Source: Tubulanus polymorphus | Lineage: Eukaryota; Animalia; Nemertea | Assembly (NCBI RefSeq): GCF_964204645.1 | Contig: NC_134030.1 | Coordinates: 12,793,947 to 12,857,946, forward strand | DNA length: 64,000 nt | Direction of reading: 5' to 3' | Shown here: one piece after another, positions 26,249-39,770 of the stretch | Numbering within the stretch: the first letter of the stretch is position 1 | How the letters are laid out: each line of letters begins with the position of its first letter | The notes under the pieces: generated by a model | Database searches by the model: none | Told to the model about the DNA's origin: nothing | The model's input: the letters and a program-made list of their open reading frames with translations, nothing else | Made by a program: the position numbers and the translations under genes

Positions 26249-26587
26249 CAGGGGCGGATCTAGAGGCAGACAATGACAAGAGCACAGAATTAAAAAAGGG
26301 CAATTCATTAGAAAAGGCACTATCCATGACAGGCGACGGCGCGAAGCGTTCGCGAGGCGTCTGAATTTTTGAATTTCAACCCATTTTAATGCAATTTCCA
26401 GGCACCTGAGACATAGAAATGACATTCTGCAACAATTCTTTAAGAGATGGGAATTTATTGATATGGAAACAATGTGATAATGAACTTTATAGAATGAAAA
26501 ATTTTTTTCGCACTTTTTTCAAAGAGGGCACTCAGAGTTTGCGACAGGAGCACGTGCCCCGCTTGCTCCCGTCTAGATCCGCCCCTG
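26249..26587. mobile_element. hAT-like MITE with 5-bp TSD
   Basis: TIR CAGGGGCGGATCTAGA...TCTAGATCCGCCCCTG; CCCTT on both flanks. Confidence 0.7.
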
Positions 26588-27861
26588 CCCTTTATATCCA
26601 TAACAACTGACATGAATATGTAGATAAATATATTTCATGACAGAGATACTGGGGAGATTGTTGAAGGTAGTTAAAATAAGAAGGTTGCTACACTGGATTT
26701 AGAAATCTATAGACACAAAACCGGCTTTTTAATATAGTAATGAAACAATGTGCAAGATTGGGATATGCTAATTTGAAATATCGTAAATAGGATTATCTTG
26801 AGCTGCTATATTATGGAAATACTACATAGTTTATAATATCAGAAATATACCAATGAAACGTGAAACTATGAAACACACTTTTACAATCAGTATTAACAAT
26901 GAGAGATAACTGTAAATTACTCAGACTACTGAATGATATTGCCAATGACCAAAGTTTAAAGTTTAAGAAATTTTGAAACACCATTGGCAAAATTATATCC
27001 GCCGGCCCTCTTGAAAGTAGATTTTTAGCCTGGATATTGTCTCGAGATCGTCACGATTTTTGAACCAGACGCCATATTGGATGGGTAAATCTAAAGTGAA
27101 GATTTGTTTAGAATATTTGCCGTGGCAAGTTTATGAGAACTAATGACAATGTTAATAAACATTAGGCTTTCAATTAAATGATATCATTTATTTTTAATGG
27201 GGCTAAAAGCAATTAGAATCGGTATAATGAGTTCAGAAATTTGATGAACTTACATTTAATTTCATTACATATGATGAATATATCAAGAACTATCATGAAA
27301 GAACTATCATGCAAGTGGGCAATGGATAAACTTAATAGTGATAAACTTAAACTTAATAAATCAACTAAATTAATATTTCAAAACATCTTGGTAAGCTATT
27401 GTAGCCCACCTAAGTGAACGTGTATCGAATCAGACGTAGAAGCATTTTGGAGGTTTATTGAGCATCCTGTAGTCGTGTCCTCTGTGTCTTTATTTTTTAG
27501 ATTAGCAATTTTATACGTATATTTACATCATCTTTATACGTATTTAGTTATAGTAATGTTTCCTAGCGCAAACTATGCTACACGCCATATATGTATCACC
27601 AGTCACGCATTGACCTTAGTTGGGAGTGCTTTCCAGCTGAAATGAGCAAACTTTGATTAATGGTTTCATTGTTTTTCTGAAAAGTTGAAAGATCAATTCT
27701 ACTACAAGGGTAACATTAACTTGTTTGCAAAAATTGTTCTATTAAAATATTGAATTTCTTTCTATTTTGAATATTGGTTCAATATTCCAGTGTTGCAGAA
27801 TATTTTTACTATAAGTTTGCAGTCTATGCATTTGTAAAGTTTTCTGTAGCATCAGTACTTT

Positions 27862-29304
27862 TAAGCCCACTTGGGACTTAGTCCCAGCGGGCTATTGCGT
27901 TCACTTTTCGTCCGTCCGTCCGTAGACGGAATCGAGTTATTTTGGGAAGTTTTGAAGACGCTTCAAGGTAACGTCTTGATATTTGGGTTACACATGTATC
28001 TACCCTAGACACATCTTCAGCCCAAAAACTGGCCCTGTCAGAATCAAGATGGCCGTCTGGCAGCCATTGTTGTTCGCCAAAATCAGCACTTTTTACACAT
28101 ATTTGAACTTTTTGAGGGTAATAAGATAAAATCCCACTATTTACAGATTAAAAGAATTTAAAAACAAGAATTATTTTAGATATTTTAATATTTTAGATTT
28201 AATAAATAAATTCTTGTTTTTAGATTCTTTTAATCTGTAAATAGTGGGATTTTATCTTATTATCCGTTCACCACGTTCGAGTGTGGTCATCGTTCTATTT
28301 TTTTAGGGTAATTTTGAAGACGCTTCAATCAATTACCTTGATCTTTCAGATATATGTGAATCCCCCCAGGGTTCATCAGCATAACAAAAATTAGGTCGAT
28401 CGGACTCAAGATGGCCGTCCTATGACCCTTTTAGTGCCCAAAAATGTTAATTTTGGCCCGAATTCTGAGTCCTGTAGCTTCCTACTGATATGCCATTTCT
28501 CATTGCAATTTGTGATGGGTATTCTTTGGAAAGGGATGTTTTATACCTGAGACAGGTATTTTTCATCAGCCAATTATGACGCAATTGGCGGCCATTTTGG
28601 TGTCACCAGTAGTCATTCGTAAGTGGGAAAAAGTTTTTCCACATTATATTGATACCTAAGCGTATTTTGCTACCACAATCGATTAGAAAGTTGTAGCTCA
28701 ATGTTTTCTATGATCGTTATGAGTTTCAAGGTAATTGGATTTCGTATATGGCCACCAGGGGAGCGTTGAATAATACAATATCTTCGCATTTCTTTATTAT
28801 ATTCGTACCTATGCATATTTTGTAACCACAATCAATTGGAAAGTTGTAGCTCATGACATCATCTATGATTGTTGCGAGTTTTAAGGACATTAGTTTTTCT
28901 ATATGGTCACCAGGGGGCGTTGAATAGTAGAATAACTTAGTATTTCCTTATTATATTGGTACCTAGGCATATTTTGTTACCATGATCAATTGCAAAGTTG
29001 TAGTTCATGGCATGTTCTATGATTGTGGTGAGTTTAGAGGTCATTGGGTTTTGAATATGGTCACCAGGGGGCGTTGAATAGTATAATAACTTAGTATTGC
29101 CATATTAAATTGGTAACGAGGCATATTTTGTTATCACAATCCATTACAAAATCGTAGCTGCTGACATTTTCTATGACTGTGGTGAGTTCCAAGGTCATTG
29201 GTTTTTGTATATGGTCACCAGGGGGCGTTGAATATTGAAATTGTTAGATTGTTGAGCATTTGGAACCACTTCCCAAGTGGGCATGGTGTCCCTGGACCCC
29301 TAGT
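27862..29304 (+). mobile_element. HINE family 1 copy, with an inverted-repeat insertion at ~28123-28304
   Basis: Same termini, (TCCG)n microsatellite and ~154-bp units as the other copies. Confidence 0.78.
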
Positions 29305-29330
29305 TGGAAAATAGGAACTTTTATTTGGCT

Positions 29331-29672
29331 ATCTGAGGGTGAACTCCAGGGAGGTACTGGGTGCGGTAGGAGTCGGGGAGTTGTTATCAAGATTTCAGAG
29401 AGGAAGGTCCTCAAGAGGCTTCCCGAAATCTTAACGAAAATTACTTGCAGAAAGCAGGAATTATTATATTGTTAAAGTTAAAATTACTGAAACTATTTTG
29501 GATCTGAGGTTAAACTCGAGGGAGGTACTGGGTGCGGCAGGAGTCGGGGAGTTGTTATCAAAATTTCAGAGAGGAAGGTCCTCAAGAGGCTTCCCAAAAT
29601 CTTAACGAAAATTACTTGCAGAGCAGGAATTATTATATTATCAAAGTTAAAATTACTGAAACTATTTTGGAG
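29331..29672. repeat. ~170-bp tandem duplication
   Basis: TCTGAGG..GGAGGTACTGGGTGCGG...TTACTGAAACTATTTTGG occurs twice in tandem. Confidence 0.85.
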
Positions 29673-29964
29673 ATGTTCAACTATAACTCTACATCAATTA
29701 GAGGAATATTGGAAGATATTTATTAGGCCTATCTATGATTGGATCGAGGTAGCTGACAAGAACTGGTTTGCGCAGCTGTATGTAACTTTATTTTAATTCC
29801 TAGTTATGGTAACTAAAAGTTAAGAATAACTTTTTTACATACTGTTAACCAACATGAGAGTTAACAAATATTTTTGCGCTGCGTAGTCACGCAAAGTAAA
29901 AGATGCTAAAGTACTGCGGTTATCAGTCTGAGAACTGATGAATCGTTAATTTCGCTTGGAGGAG

Positions 29965-30075
29965 TGACTTCACTTCCAGATTCAACTGAATGCAAAACTT
30001 CATTTCGAGATTCAACGGAATGCAAAACTTCACTTCAAAATTCAACTGAATGCAAAACTTCAGTGAGATTCAACA
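29965..30075. repeat. 30-bp tandem repeat, ~3 copies
   Basis: ATTCAAC(T/G)GAATGCAAAACTTCA at 30-bp spacing. Confidence 0.85.
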
Positions 30076-31231
30076 TCGCCGGGACTTGACGCGGAATCAA
30101 CTTTGATTTCAGTTAAGTGCGTTAACCGTCTGTTTGTTCGCGAGCGTTGAGCGTGGAAACTCTGCCGTAGTTAATAACTTTTTATCGCGCATTGGAGACA
30201 ACGAATTCAATCGTATCGTTCACGAGGACCGTTAATTTTTATTCGACAATTGCGTGCGTACCGTATGTATTGAACTTTGAACTCTCAATCTGACTTTTCA
30301 ATTTAGACTTCGCTTTAAGTTCGATATTAATCTTAATTGATTTTTTTGGGTTTCTTATTTCATTTAATTTCTAAATTCTGCAAATTACTGTTATATTTGT
30401 GCATGCTTCACTGAAAATATATATTGTTCATATCCATAGTTCAAATACTATTACATTGTCAGTGTGTCATTTAGGGATTTATTATTCGAACTCACCCGCA
30501 CAGTGGCTATCTTTGGCAAGTGCGGTTACACTATTGGGGCACAGGCTATCTTAAATCATCAAAGGTAAATGCATTGAAATTGTGTGGTAATTTATATAGC
30601 AAACTGGTATAGTGTCTGATAACATCGAAGTGAGATATGCTCATCATAAATTTACCTAACTAATCCAGAAATAGATCTAATAATCTCAAAAAGTGACATA
30701 TCAAAACATCAATGCATTTGATTTCTATTTAGTCAATGAAATGATGGTTAGTTTTCTATTTAATCTTCCTTGGCCTTTTTTTTCCGTAGCCATTTTTTCC
30801 TTGTCCATTTTTTCCGTTCACCATTGAAGAGTTTTTTTAGCATCTTCAGTTGATTGTTTTAATTCGTAAATCGTCGTCTGACGACAAGCTAGATTTCCTT
30901 CATTCTGATTGGCTAATTTATATTGCACATGCGCACTTAGGTGCATGACTAATTCTATAGGGTTATATCCCTGATGATATCTATGTCTCGCACGGGCATT
31001 GACAACCGTCATAAATATAAAATTGAAGACTGCTTAATGGCGTAAAAATAGCCTATTCATTGATTTTTGGCTCGCGTTAGCGAACCTATGTCAACGCTCT
31101 GGCCGATCGATAATCATGCGTACGCTAAAAGCTATTTTTAACACTCTTAAACGCAAGTTCATTAGCCTCTAATTTCACTACTAATGGGTGAATTGAACGG
31201 ATTAAGCAAAAATGTATTTCGTAATTGGTTT

Positions 31232-33287
31232 TTAGCCCACTTGGGACTTTAGTCCCAGCGGGCTATTGCGTTCACTTTTCGTCCGTCCGTCCGTAGGCAG
31301 CTATTGTTGTTCGGCAAATTCAGCACTTTTTACACATTTTTGAATTTTTTGAGGGAAATTTTAAAGACGCTTTGATCAATTACCTTGATCTTTCATATAT
31401 ATTTGAATCCCCAAAGGGCCCATCTGCATAAGAAAAATTGGGTCGATCGGCTTATAACGTGTTCTATGATTTGTTGAGTTTCAAGGTCATTGGTTTTTGG
31501 TTTACCTTTGTCAGCTCTCGCGTATAAAATTGCAATGACCTCGATTGGGGGTGTCGTCTCTACGAGCGAATGGGATTGGCTGTTTTTGGGATATACGGGG
31601 AATTCCGGCGCTACTGAAATAATTATGGGAGAGCCATAGAATGGCGTACGTTTCATTGGAATAGGTGCCGTATACGTGCGAATTTCAAATGCTCATTGCA
31701 CAGGGGCTTGTCACAATTTGATAATGAATGGATGATACCAGTATCCCTATATAAAAAAGAGCTAACTAAATCAACTATCTGTACATTACTTTCCCAATTC
31801 AATCGACTGTCATTTCCCGAATTTTCAACCGATTTACACGAAATAAACTCTTATACAAACTAGAAGACTTACTTTTTTCAATGAGCCTATGACTATCGCT
31901 CTACGATGAATATTTCACGTCGAAATCGCCGTTTTCCTCCAGAAAATCTGCCAAAATAACCCAGCACGGCAAATGGTTTCGACGCGGTTTACAGGCGAAT
32001 GCGCGCATTAAAGTGAGGAGACCTTGTCCGTTTCAGGTATTAAACACCACAAACTATACATCAAACAACGCACAACAGTCTTATCTTTCAACTTGATGAT
32101 GATTCCAGGATATTTCTAAACATTTGGAGGCGTTACAAGCACAAATTCTCGAGAAACTCTGGTAACGTAAAAGCGTGCACATATTCAATGTACTGTTTCA
32201 TTTTTAACACAGAGATGATGCTCTGGACGAAGTAATAATTTTAGAATAATTCCCGAAATCTACGCTATTAGACAAATTTCCCGTCCACAACGTAGATGAT
32301 TTTTACCATATTGTTTCCATGTAAAAAAGGTGATAAATTTTTTTTTTGCCCAAAAATTTTGCTAAAAAAAATTTCTACCTACTTACCGACTCATCCTGAA
32401 AAGTTGAGTCGGTGTTACAACAAACAGACAATTATTTTGGGATGGCCTTATTTGAATATTTTTTTCATATTGAGAAACATATTTTTTTTGAAAATATAAA
32501 ATAGTTTCCCTGCCGCGCCTACCTGTACCCTACAAAATTTTGGACGTGGACCGTATTCAAATGTATATCTTTGGTCTTATTTGACTACAAAATAATTCTT
32601 TAAGAAAGATAAAATACAATATAAACTTGTGGAACTTTGAAGTCACGAATTAAAAAGATTTTTCAAGCAATGCCCTTATTCCAAACAACCTCTAGCTTTC
32701 AAGGTAAACCACACTTTGCCCATGGGCAGTTTATTGTATATAGCCACCAGGGGCGTTGAATAATACAATAACTTAGTATTTCTATATTATATTTGTACCT
32801 ATGCATAATTTGTCACCACAATCGATTGCAAAGCTCACAATCGATTGTAGCTCATGACATGTTCTATAATTGTGGTGAGTTTTAAGGACATTAGTTATTC
32901 TATGTGGTCACCAGGGGGCGTTAAATAGTATAATAATTTAGTATTTCCTTATTAGATTGGTACACCTAGGCTATGATCAATTGCAAAGTTGTAGTTCATG
33001 ACATGTTCTTTGATTTTGGTTAGTATCAAGGTCATTGGGTTTTGCATATGGTCACCAGGGGGCATTGAATAGTAGAATTACTTAGTATTTCCATATTAAA
33101 TTGTTAACGAAGTATGTTTTTTTATCGCAATCAATTACAAAATCGTAGCTGCTGACATATGCTATGATTGTGGTGAGTTTCAAGGTCATTGGTTTTTATA
33201 TATGGTCACCAGGGGGCGTTGAATATTGAAATTGTTAGATTGTTGAGCGTTTGAAACCACTTTCCAAGGTGTCCCTGGACCCCTAGT
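31232..33287 (+). mobile_element. Fragmented HINE family 1 (5' part 31232-31500, 3' part ~32730-33287) separated by other repeat-like DNA
   Basis: 5' TTAGCCCACTTGGGAC terminus; 154-bp units and GTCCCTGGACCCCTAGT end. Confidence 0.65.
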
Positions 33288-33477
33288 TTATATATTTTTT
33301 TCTTGTTTAATTTTCAGTGAAATGATTTTTTGCATACCGGTAGCCTACGTGACAAATTTTTTACTTCACACCAGTTTGGCGAGCCATTGGACCATTGGTC
33401 CTTTATTAGATATTAGTTCTGTAATTGTTATTTTTATGATACACACAGACATTACTGGGTTTGGTACTGGATAGCGC

Positions 33478-34459
33478 CAGTGCTTCATCTAGCCAAAAAT
33501 GGAGGGGCGGTCCGCCCCGCCACCGAAAATAGCTGCCCTTGTGCCCTCCAGATGTGTCCCATGCTCGCCCTTGTGCCCTCATCACTTGCGGTAGGTCTGC
33601 CCTCCTGTCCTCGTCAGTCACGAGTAATGAGTCAGGGCTTTCAAAATAAGCCGTCGCATCCGACTGTTAGTAAGAATCCTGCGACGGCTATGAAATATCT
33701 CGCATGATATCAATGATAGTGGCTCATGTGGTCAGTGGTCATATTTAAATGTACTGTAGTCAGTGTGCATCGTGTGAAAACGTGCCTCAGACGCGTGGCC
33801 TAGATTGTTTCATTTTGAACACATCGTGATGCTCTGGATCTTCTTATCTAGACTATTAGACAAATTTTATATACACAAGGTGAAAAACTTTGTTCGGTGA
33901 ACTCACAGAGAGACTTGCAGAGACAATTAGTTTGTGTAGCCTAATAGCAATAATGTGTTCTTAAGCTGGCTGCTTACCAATTACAACAGTTACTTGCCAA
34001 TCACTAACACTATCGATTTAAATCAATTAATTTGATATTTCTAAGATTAAAAATATGCAATTTCATTTAGCCCTATACACTATACAGCTGGCTATTTTCG
34101 TCGATCATTTGCTTTTTGAGATTGCTTTTTTCTGCCATTTTTTGTCTGCAACTGGTTTTCCAAATAATTTTGAAAGCCCTATCTATCATTGATTCACTTT
34201 TGTTCATTGACAGGCATAGGTGTAAGGATGTACTGTGGTCAAGTGTATCACTCATGGCAAAATCAGAGTGAAACATAATATCTAGTCCTCAATTGTAGTA
34301 GGGGGTACCTCGATTCTATGCAATAGGGAACATTGCAGGTTGCCCCTAAAACGGACGTGAGTGCATTATTATATGCCCTTGCTCGAATGGAATCACGGGC
34401 ACAAATGCCCTTATTTGAAATCAGCACCCTGCCCTTTTTTAATGATAGATGAAGCACTG
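33478..34459. mobile_element. hAT-like non-autonomous element (982 bp) with 5-bp TSD
   Basis: TIR CAGTGCTTCATCTA...TAGATGAAGCACTG, TSD AGCGC; second copy at 42856-45477. Confidence 0.82.
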
Positions 34460-35322
34460 AGCGCTGATAATGACATAAGGGTTACATGCTGAATTCAAGC
34501 CAGCGCAAATTTCTCATTTCAAGTTGATATACATGGTATTCGAAATGTTAGTTATCCCTCTTTATCTTATATGACTGTCTTTGCTGTATGGTACATTCAT
34601 CAGCATGTGGTCTATGCCTTATAGGGGTTTAGGAAACACTACTGATGATCGTAGTAGTTGTGTTTTCCTTGTTGGCTAGGCCTACCGCGCTGTACTGCGC
34701 TGATTGTTTATAATTTAAGGCAAGTGTTCACTGTGGCATTAGCAGTCAGTACTCTAGCATTATATAATAAGGCAAGTGAACATTGTGGCGTTAGCAGACG
34801 GTACTTAGGAATGATTTAATACGTCAAGTGAACACTGGAGCAAGTAGTCAGTACTTAACTTTCCCATGCATTGAGTTAGATTTCCTGTCTGTGAATTTTA
34901 AGAAACATTCATTCAGGATTCAGCTCTCCTCACCTGAGCACAAGATAAGTGCTTGATTTTAAGCTGAGATGCTAAAACTTTTGCATGTCCCTTAAAAAAA
35001 ACTGATCGCTGTCCTGAAAAATACAGATCTCTGTCCCTCAAAACAATTGTCAGGGGTTGGCTGCTCTGCTAAATGATTACAGTTCTGATGAAAATAATGA
35101 TAACGCATAGCAAGTAGTCAGAGTGTGTTCAGAAAATGCGTGCACCTGTTATTCACTGGGTTAGTTATCTATTCAGTGAGATTATAATTAGAATTTTGAT
35201 GAATTAGCACACTTGATCTTTAACTACATATGCACTTATTGAAGAAATCATGAAGGTGCCCACAGCACCATGCATCCATCTAATATGTATGTTGTTTTTA
35301 TATTTAAGAGACGTACCAGAAT

Positions 35323-35489
35323 ATGGAAGGAACATCTGTCCTATCAAGACACACATTTATTCGCAATCTAAGTCCGGCTACTAAACAGCAATTGGAGACT
35401 TTTTTAGATCCCAATGATTTATGGAAAAAATTGATAATAGAAATCAAGCTTCCTGGTGGAGGGAACAAATATTCAAGTAATCATGTCAA
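35323..35489 (+). CDS. IRAK4: IRAK4/Tube/Pelle-like death-domain protein, first coding exon
   Basis: MEGTSVLSRHTFIRNLSPATKQQLETFLDPNDLWKKLIIEIKLPGGGNKYSSNHV resembles the IRAK4 death-domain N-half (TYVRCLN..LSDFIDPQEGWKKLAVAIKKPSGDDRY..HI). Acceptor ttaag near 35308; phase-2 donor GTAAGC at 35490. The symbol denotes family resemblance only. Confidence 0.85.
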
Positions 35490-35574
35490 GTAAGCGCAAG
35501 CTAATTATAATTAACCCCTATCATTCACTAAACTGCTCCTATAAGCCCTGAGGAAGTATAAGCTTAAGGAATTT

Positions 35575-36806
35575 TTAGCCCACTTGGGACTTAAGTCCCA
35601 GCGGGCTATTGCGTTCACTTTTCGTTCATCCATTCGTCCTGTCCGCCCTTAGACAAAATCCAGTTATTTTGGGAAGTTTTGAAGACGCTTCAATTCTTGA
35701 TATTTAGGTTGAAAACGCATCTACCCTTGAAACATCTTGAGCTCCAAAACTGGCCCTGTCAGAATCAAGATGACGGACAAGCAGCCATTGTTGTTCCCCA
35801 AAATAAGCACTTTTTACACATGTTTGAACTTTTTTCGTCTTTCGTATATATTTGATTCCATCAAGGGCACATCAGCTTGAGAAATATTGGGTCGATCGGA
35901 CTTAAGATGGCCGTCCTATGACCTTTTTAGTGCTCAAAAATGTCAATTTTGGCCCGAGTTCTGAGTCCTGTAGCTTCCTACTGGTTTGCCATTTCCATTG
36001 GAATTTGATGATGAGTATTCTTTAGAAAGGGATGGGATGTTTTATACCTAAGACAGGTATTTTTGATCGGCCAATTATGGCACGATTGGCAGCCATCTTG
36101 GTGTCATCAGTACTCATTCGTAGGTGGGAAAAAGTTTTTCCACATAATATTGATACCTAAGCATATTGTGTTACCACAATCAATTGGAAAGTTGTAGCTC
36201 ATAACGTGTTCTATGATATTGGTGAGTTCTAAGGTGATTGTATTTTGTATATGGCCACCAGGGTGCGTTGAATAATACAATAACTTAGTATTTCTATATT
36301 ATATTTGTACCTATACATATTTTGTTACCACAATCAATTGCAAAGTTGTAGCTCATGACATTGTCTATGATTTTGGTCAGTTTTAAGGACATTAGTTATT
36401 CTATATGGTTACCAGGGGTCACCATGCATTGAATAGTAGAATAACTCAGTATTTCCTTAAAAGATTGTTACCTAGGCATATTTTGTTACCATGATCAATT
36501 GCAATGTTGTAGTTCATGACATGTTCTATGATTGTGGCAAGATTCAAGGTCATTGTGTTTTGCATATGGTCACCAGGGGGTGTTGAATAATAGAATAACT
36601 TAGTATTTCCAAATTAAATTGATATTATTAAAGTTATCACAATCAATAACAAATCGTAGCTGCTGACATGTTCTATGATTGTGGTGGGTTTCAAGGTCAT
36701 TGGTTTCTGTATATGGTCACCGGAGGGCATTGAATATTGAAATCTTTAGATTGTTGAGCGTTTAAAACCACTTCCCAAGTGGGCATGGTGTCCCTGGACC
36801 CCTAGT
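35575..36806 (+). mobile_element. HINE family 1 copy (intronic in the death-domain gene)
   Basis: Same termini and ~154-bp units as the other copies. Confidence 0.78.
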
Positions 36807-36904
36807 TCTATATGTCCACTCAGGGGAATGAAATTTTGAAATTTTCAGATTGTTGAGCATTTGAAAACACTTCCTAAGTGGGCATGGTGTCCCTGGACCC
36901 CTAG

Positions 36905-37816
36905 TTAGCTCTCGAGGAACGAGAGAGCTATTATGACGATGCCTCGAAATCGGTTGTGTATGTTGCCTGTCGTGCGAAGCACACACGTGTATGCATGCGC
37001 GCTGAACAAATAGTTCCATAATTTTAAGGCTAATATACATTTTGGTAGTAATGATTCCGGAGTGATTACGATGTATTATGAATAAATGAATTGTCATGAT
37101 TAAACTATTTTTCGATTAGTGAGTTGTTTATGCATTCGTGTCTGTGCGGATGAATATAACAACAATGTAGTCAGCCGTAAGCATTCCACTTTTTTTGCTG
37201 TGTGAACGATACAGCACGTGTCGCCGGTAAGTGATCCTTTTTAGCTCTATATCACTTAGAGGCACGAAAACAGCAAAATCGTTTCTAGAGAAATAACATT
37301 GTCCTTGTGGAAAAAATAAGTTTAAAGAACCAATCAGAGCCAAGCAGCAGCTGTTCATGTTCACGTGAAACCGGTGGTCGCGGTGTCATCGTCTTAATAT
37401 AATACACTATTTTACTTTCGGGTTCGTTTTACGTCTAAAATTAGCATTTCAAGTTTGATTTTTGTAAAATCTTGAATTGACTTAGTTTATGGAAGGACTT
37501 TTCAAATGCACAACAGAAAATTGATCTTTGACGATTGTGTAAGGGTTGGGTAAAATAGCGTTTTCTCAAGTCGCTGCCCTAGGCGTATATGTTGTGATAT
37601 GCTAATTAGCTATGTGCTTACGAACATATTCAATTTGATTTTATTCAGCAAAAAATTATCAAACTAATTTAAGCTTTGTTCAGTATAAATCAATCTTTGA
37701 GAGGAAAAATAATTGATTTAAAGCATATGCTACTTCTTGTGTTACTTAAAAAGTCAAATTTGTACTGTGTTAATAAAACAGGAGCTCGAGAGCACTGGAC
37801 CTTTGGTCCTCTAGTT
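36905..37816 (+). mobile_element. HINE-like element, family 2
   Basis: 5' TTAGCTCTCGAG..GAGAGCT hairpin, 3' CTCGAGAGC sub-TIR, GGACC-TTT-GGTCC hairpin and CTAGTT end; a related 5' end occurs at ~55373. Confidence 0.65.
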
Positions 37817-37922
37817 CTATATGTCCACTCAGGGGAATGAAATTTTGAAATTGTCAGATTGTTGAGCATTTGAAACCACTTCCCAAGTGGGCACGAATTC
37901 CCTGGTCTACTTTGTTTTTTAG

Positions 37923-38083
37923 TGTTATCGAGTGTGAAGGAAACAAGAAAGAACAAAGTCCCACTAGAATTTTACTGATGGACTGGGGTACTACTAATGC
38001 AACTCTTGGGCAGCTTATCACAGCATTGGCCCACGCTAAAATTTACAGCGCTGCAGACTTCCTAAATGAAGAAGTATTACAAT
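37923..38083 (+). CDS. IRAK4: IRAK4/Tube/Pelle-like death-domain protein, second coding exon
   Basis: Acceptor ttttttag at 37922, in phase with the previous exon; VIECEGNKKEQSPTRILLMDWGTTNATLGQLITALAHAKIYSAADFL matches IRAK4 SPTSELLFDWGTTNCTVGDLVDLL; phase-1 donor GTACGT at 38084. Confidence 0.88.
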
Positions 38084-38149
38084 GTACGTATGTATCTTGT
38101 TGCAACATGCCCATGTGCCTAATACATGTTTTTATCTCAATAATGTGCT

Positions 38150-39770
38150 TACAATTTGTGTAAACGTATTGTGTGTTTTACTTTCACCAAGATTTGTTCA
38201 TACCGGTTTAGCAAAGTATATTTAGGTGCTATCACTTTCTCTACTAAACAAATGAGAAATTTCCTAGTATTCATTCTCAAATCTACCAACTGTCTGCAAA
38301 AGCTTGTTTTTTTCTTAACATCGATTTTTATCAATTTTGCAAGGGTATCCGCTTCATGCTGAAACAAAATCTTTCATCAATTGATACAGAACCTAATGAT
38401 TATCATCAGCCAAAAATGGCAGCAGTAGCTCATCTGTCTGGTACACTGTCAAGAACGGTGCGATAGATTTTGCCATTGAAACATAAGTGTGTAGCCTCGG
38501 TATCACCATGCTGGATACAGCTAGGTCTTTGTACGATACGGTTTGGATGTTGGTATATCTGCTTTCTTTGATGTCTGTAAGTGTTCCAAAAACATAACAA
38601 TGAACGGTAAAATTTCAATAGCATGTTCTGCTGCTTGTGGATTGCATAGCCTCCTGAATAGATAATCATTCATGGAATTCATTTGTTCGATTTAAAGTGC
38701 TTATTTCACCACGGATTGTTTTAAAGCTAATAAAGCTAAGTTCATTGTTTTAAATCAAATCTATTGGTTGGCTTCGCTATTCATACAGCACAAAAGTTTA
38801 TTATTCTTCAGTGGAACGACGCACGTGGAAATGTGTGTTTGACTACAATGACATCAGCAATCGTGGGTTTTTCACAGCAAACGCGCACCTGCTGTGTATG
38901 GTAAACTGGTGAAAATAGCCGACTTAAAAGTCTTATTTCTCAGTAATGGCTTTACTTAAATCAAAATTAGTATCACACTTATCATTTATACATATATCAC
39001 ATTTAGAAGTTTTACACAATATTCTATTTAGAGGGGACTTGACCTTTAAGGAAACACATTTGTAAATGTGACGGAAAATGTATCAAAAACTTAGTTATGT
39101 TTACTTATGTTTTCTTTGCATATTCTAGGCTGTGTATCTCTTATGATGATGCTATAACCTGTCAATCGAAATTACCTCAGCATGGAGCCATATTGGCTGT
39201 TTCTAAGGGTATACTAGCTGATATACTACCCTGATATACTAGCACATGGTCTTGTGGGTGTTACATATGTTGGCTATTTCATCTTGCAATAGTTCATAAA
39301 ATTTCTAATTTACATTGGGTCCATCTATAGATAATTGAAGAAGTTTTGATAAGTCAAGATCACTGACAAACACTCAGTAATGGATCGAAGCATATCTTCC
39401 ACTTAAGCTTGGCCAATAATGTTTGATCCATAATATGAAAACCGAATTTGGTCATAGACTCGGCATCTTACCAACATATCTGATTGTTTTGTTTGAGCCT
39501 GTTGGATTGGATAAGTTAAGACATATTCTTGGTCCTTGATATTTTTTCGCATAAGGCCTTTTATATGAGGCAAAATCCCAAAACGCAGAAGGTACGAGAT
39601 TTTACGTTCACTAAATGAAAATAGTGCTCTTCTACTGTCCGGTAAACATTCCTTGACTATGTTGTTGAATCCAGAACAAGAGTTGTCGCTGCGGTAACTA
39701 TTTATCAAATTTAAAGCAAACAAAATTTCCGATTTCAAGACAGCATCTTTCGAAACACATGAATCCATTG
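38150..39770 (-). pseudogene. Heavily decayed hAT-type transposase
   Basis: SEILFALNLINSYRSDNSC..F...PDS..FSFSERKISYLLRFGILP and TKQSDMLVR resemble the N-terminal core of hAT-family transposases; many lesions. Confidence 0.5.
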
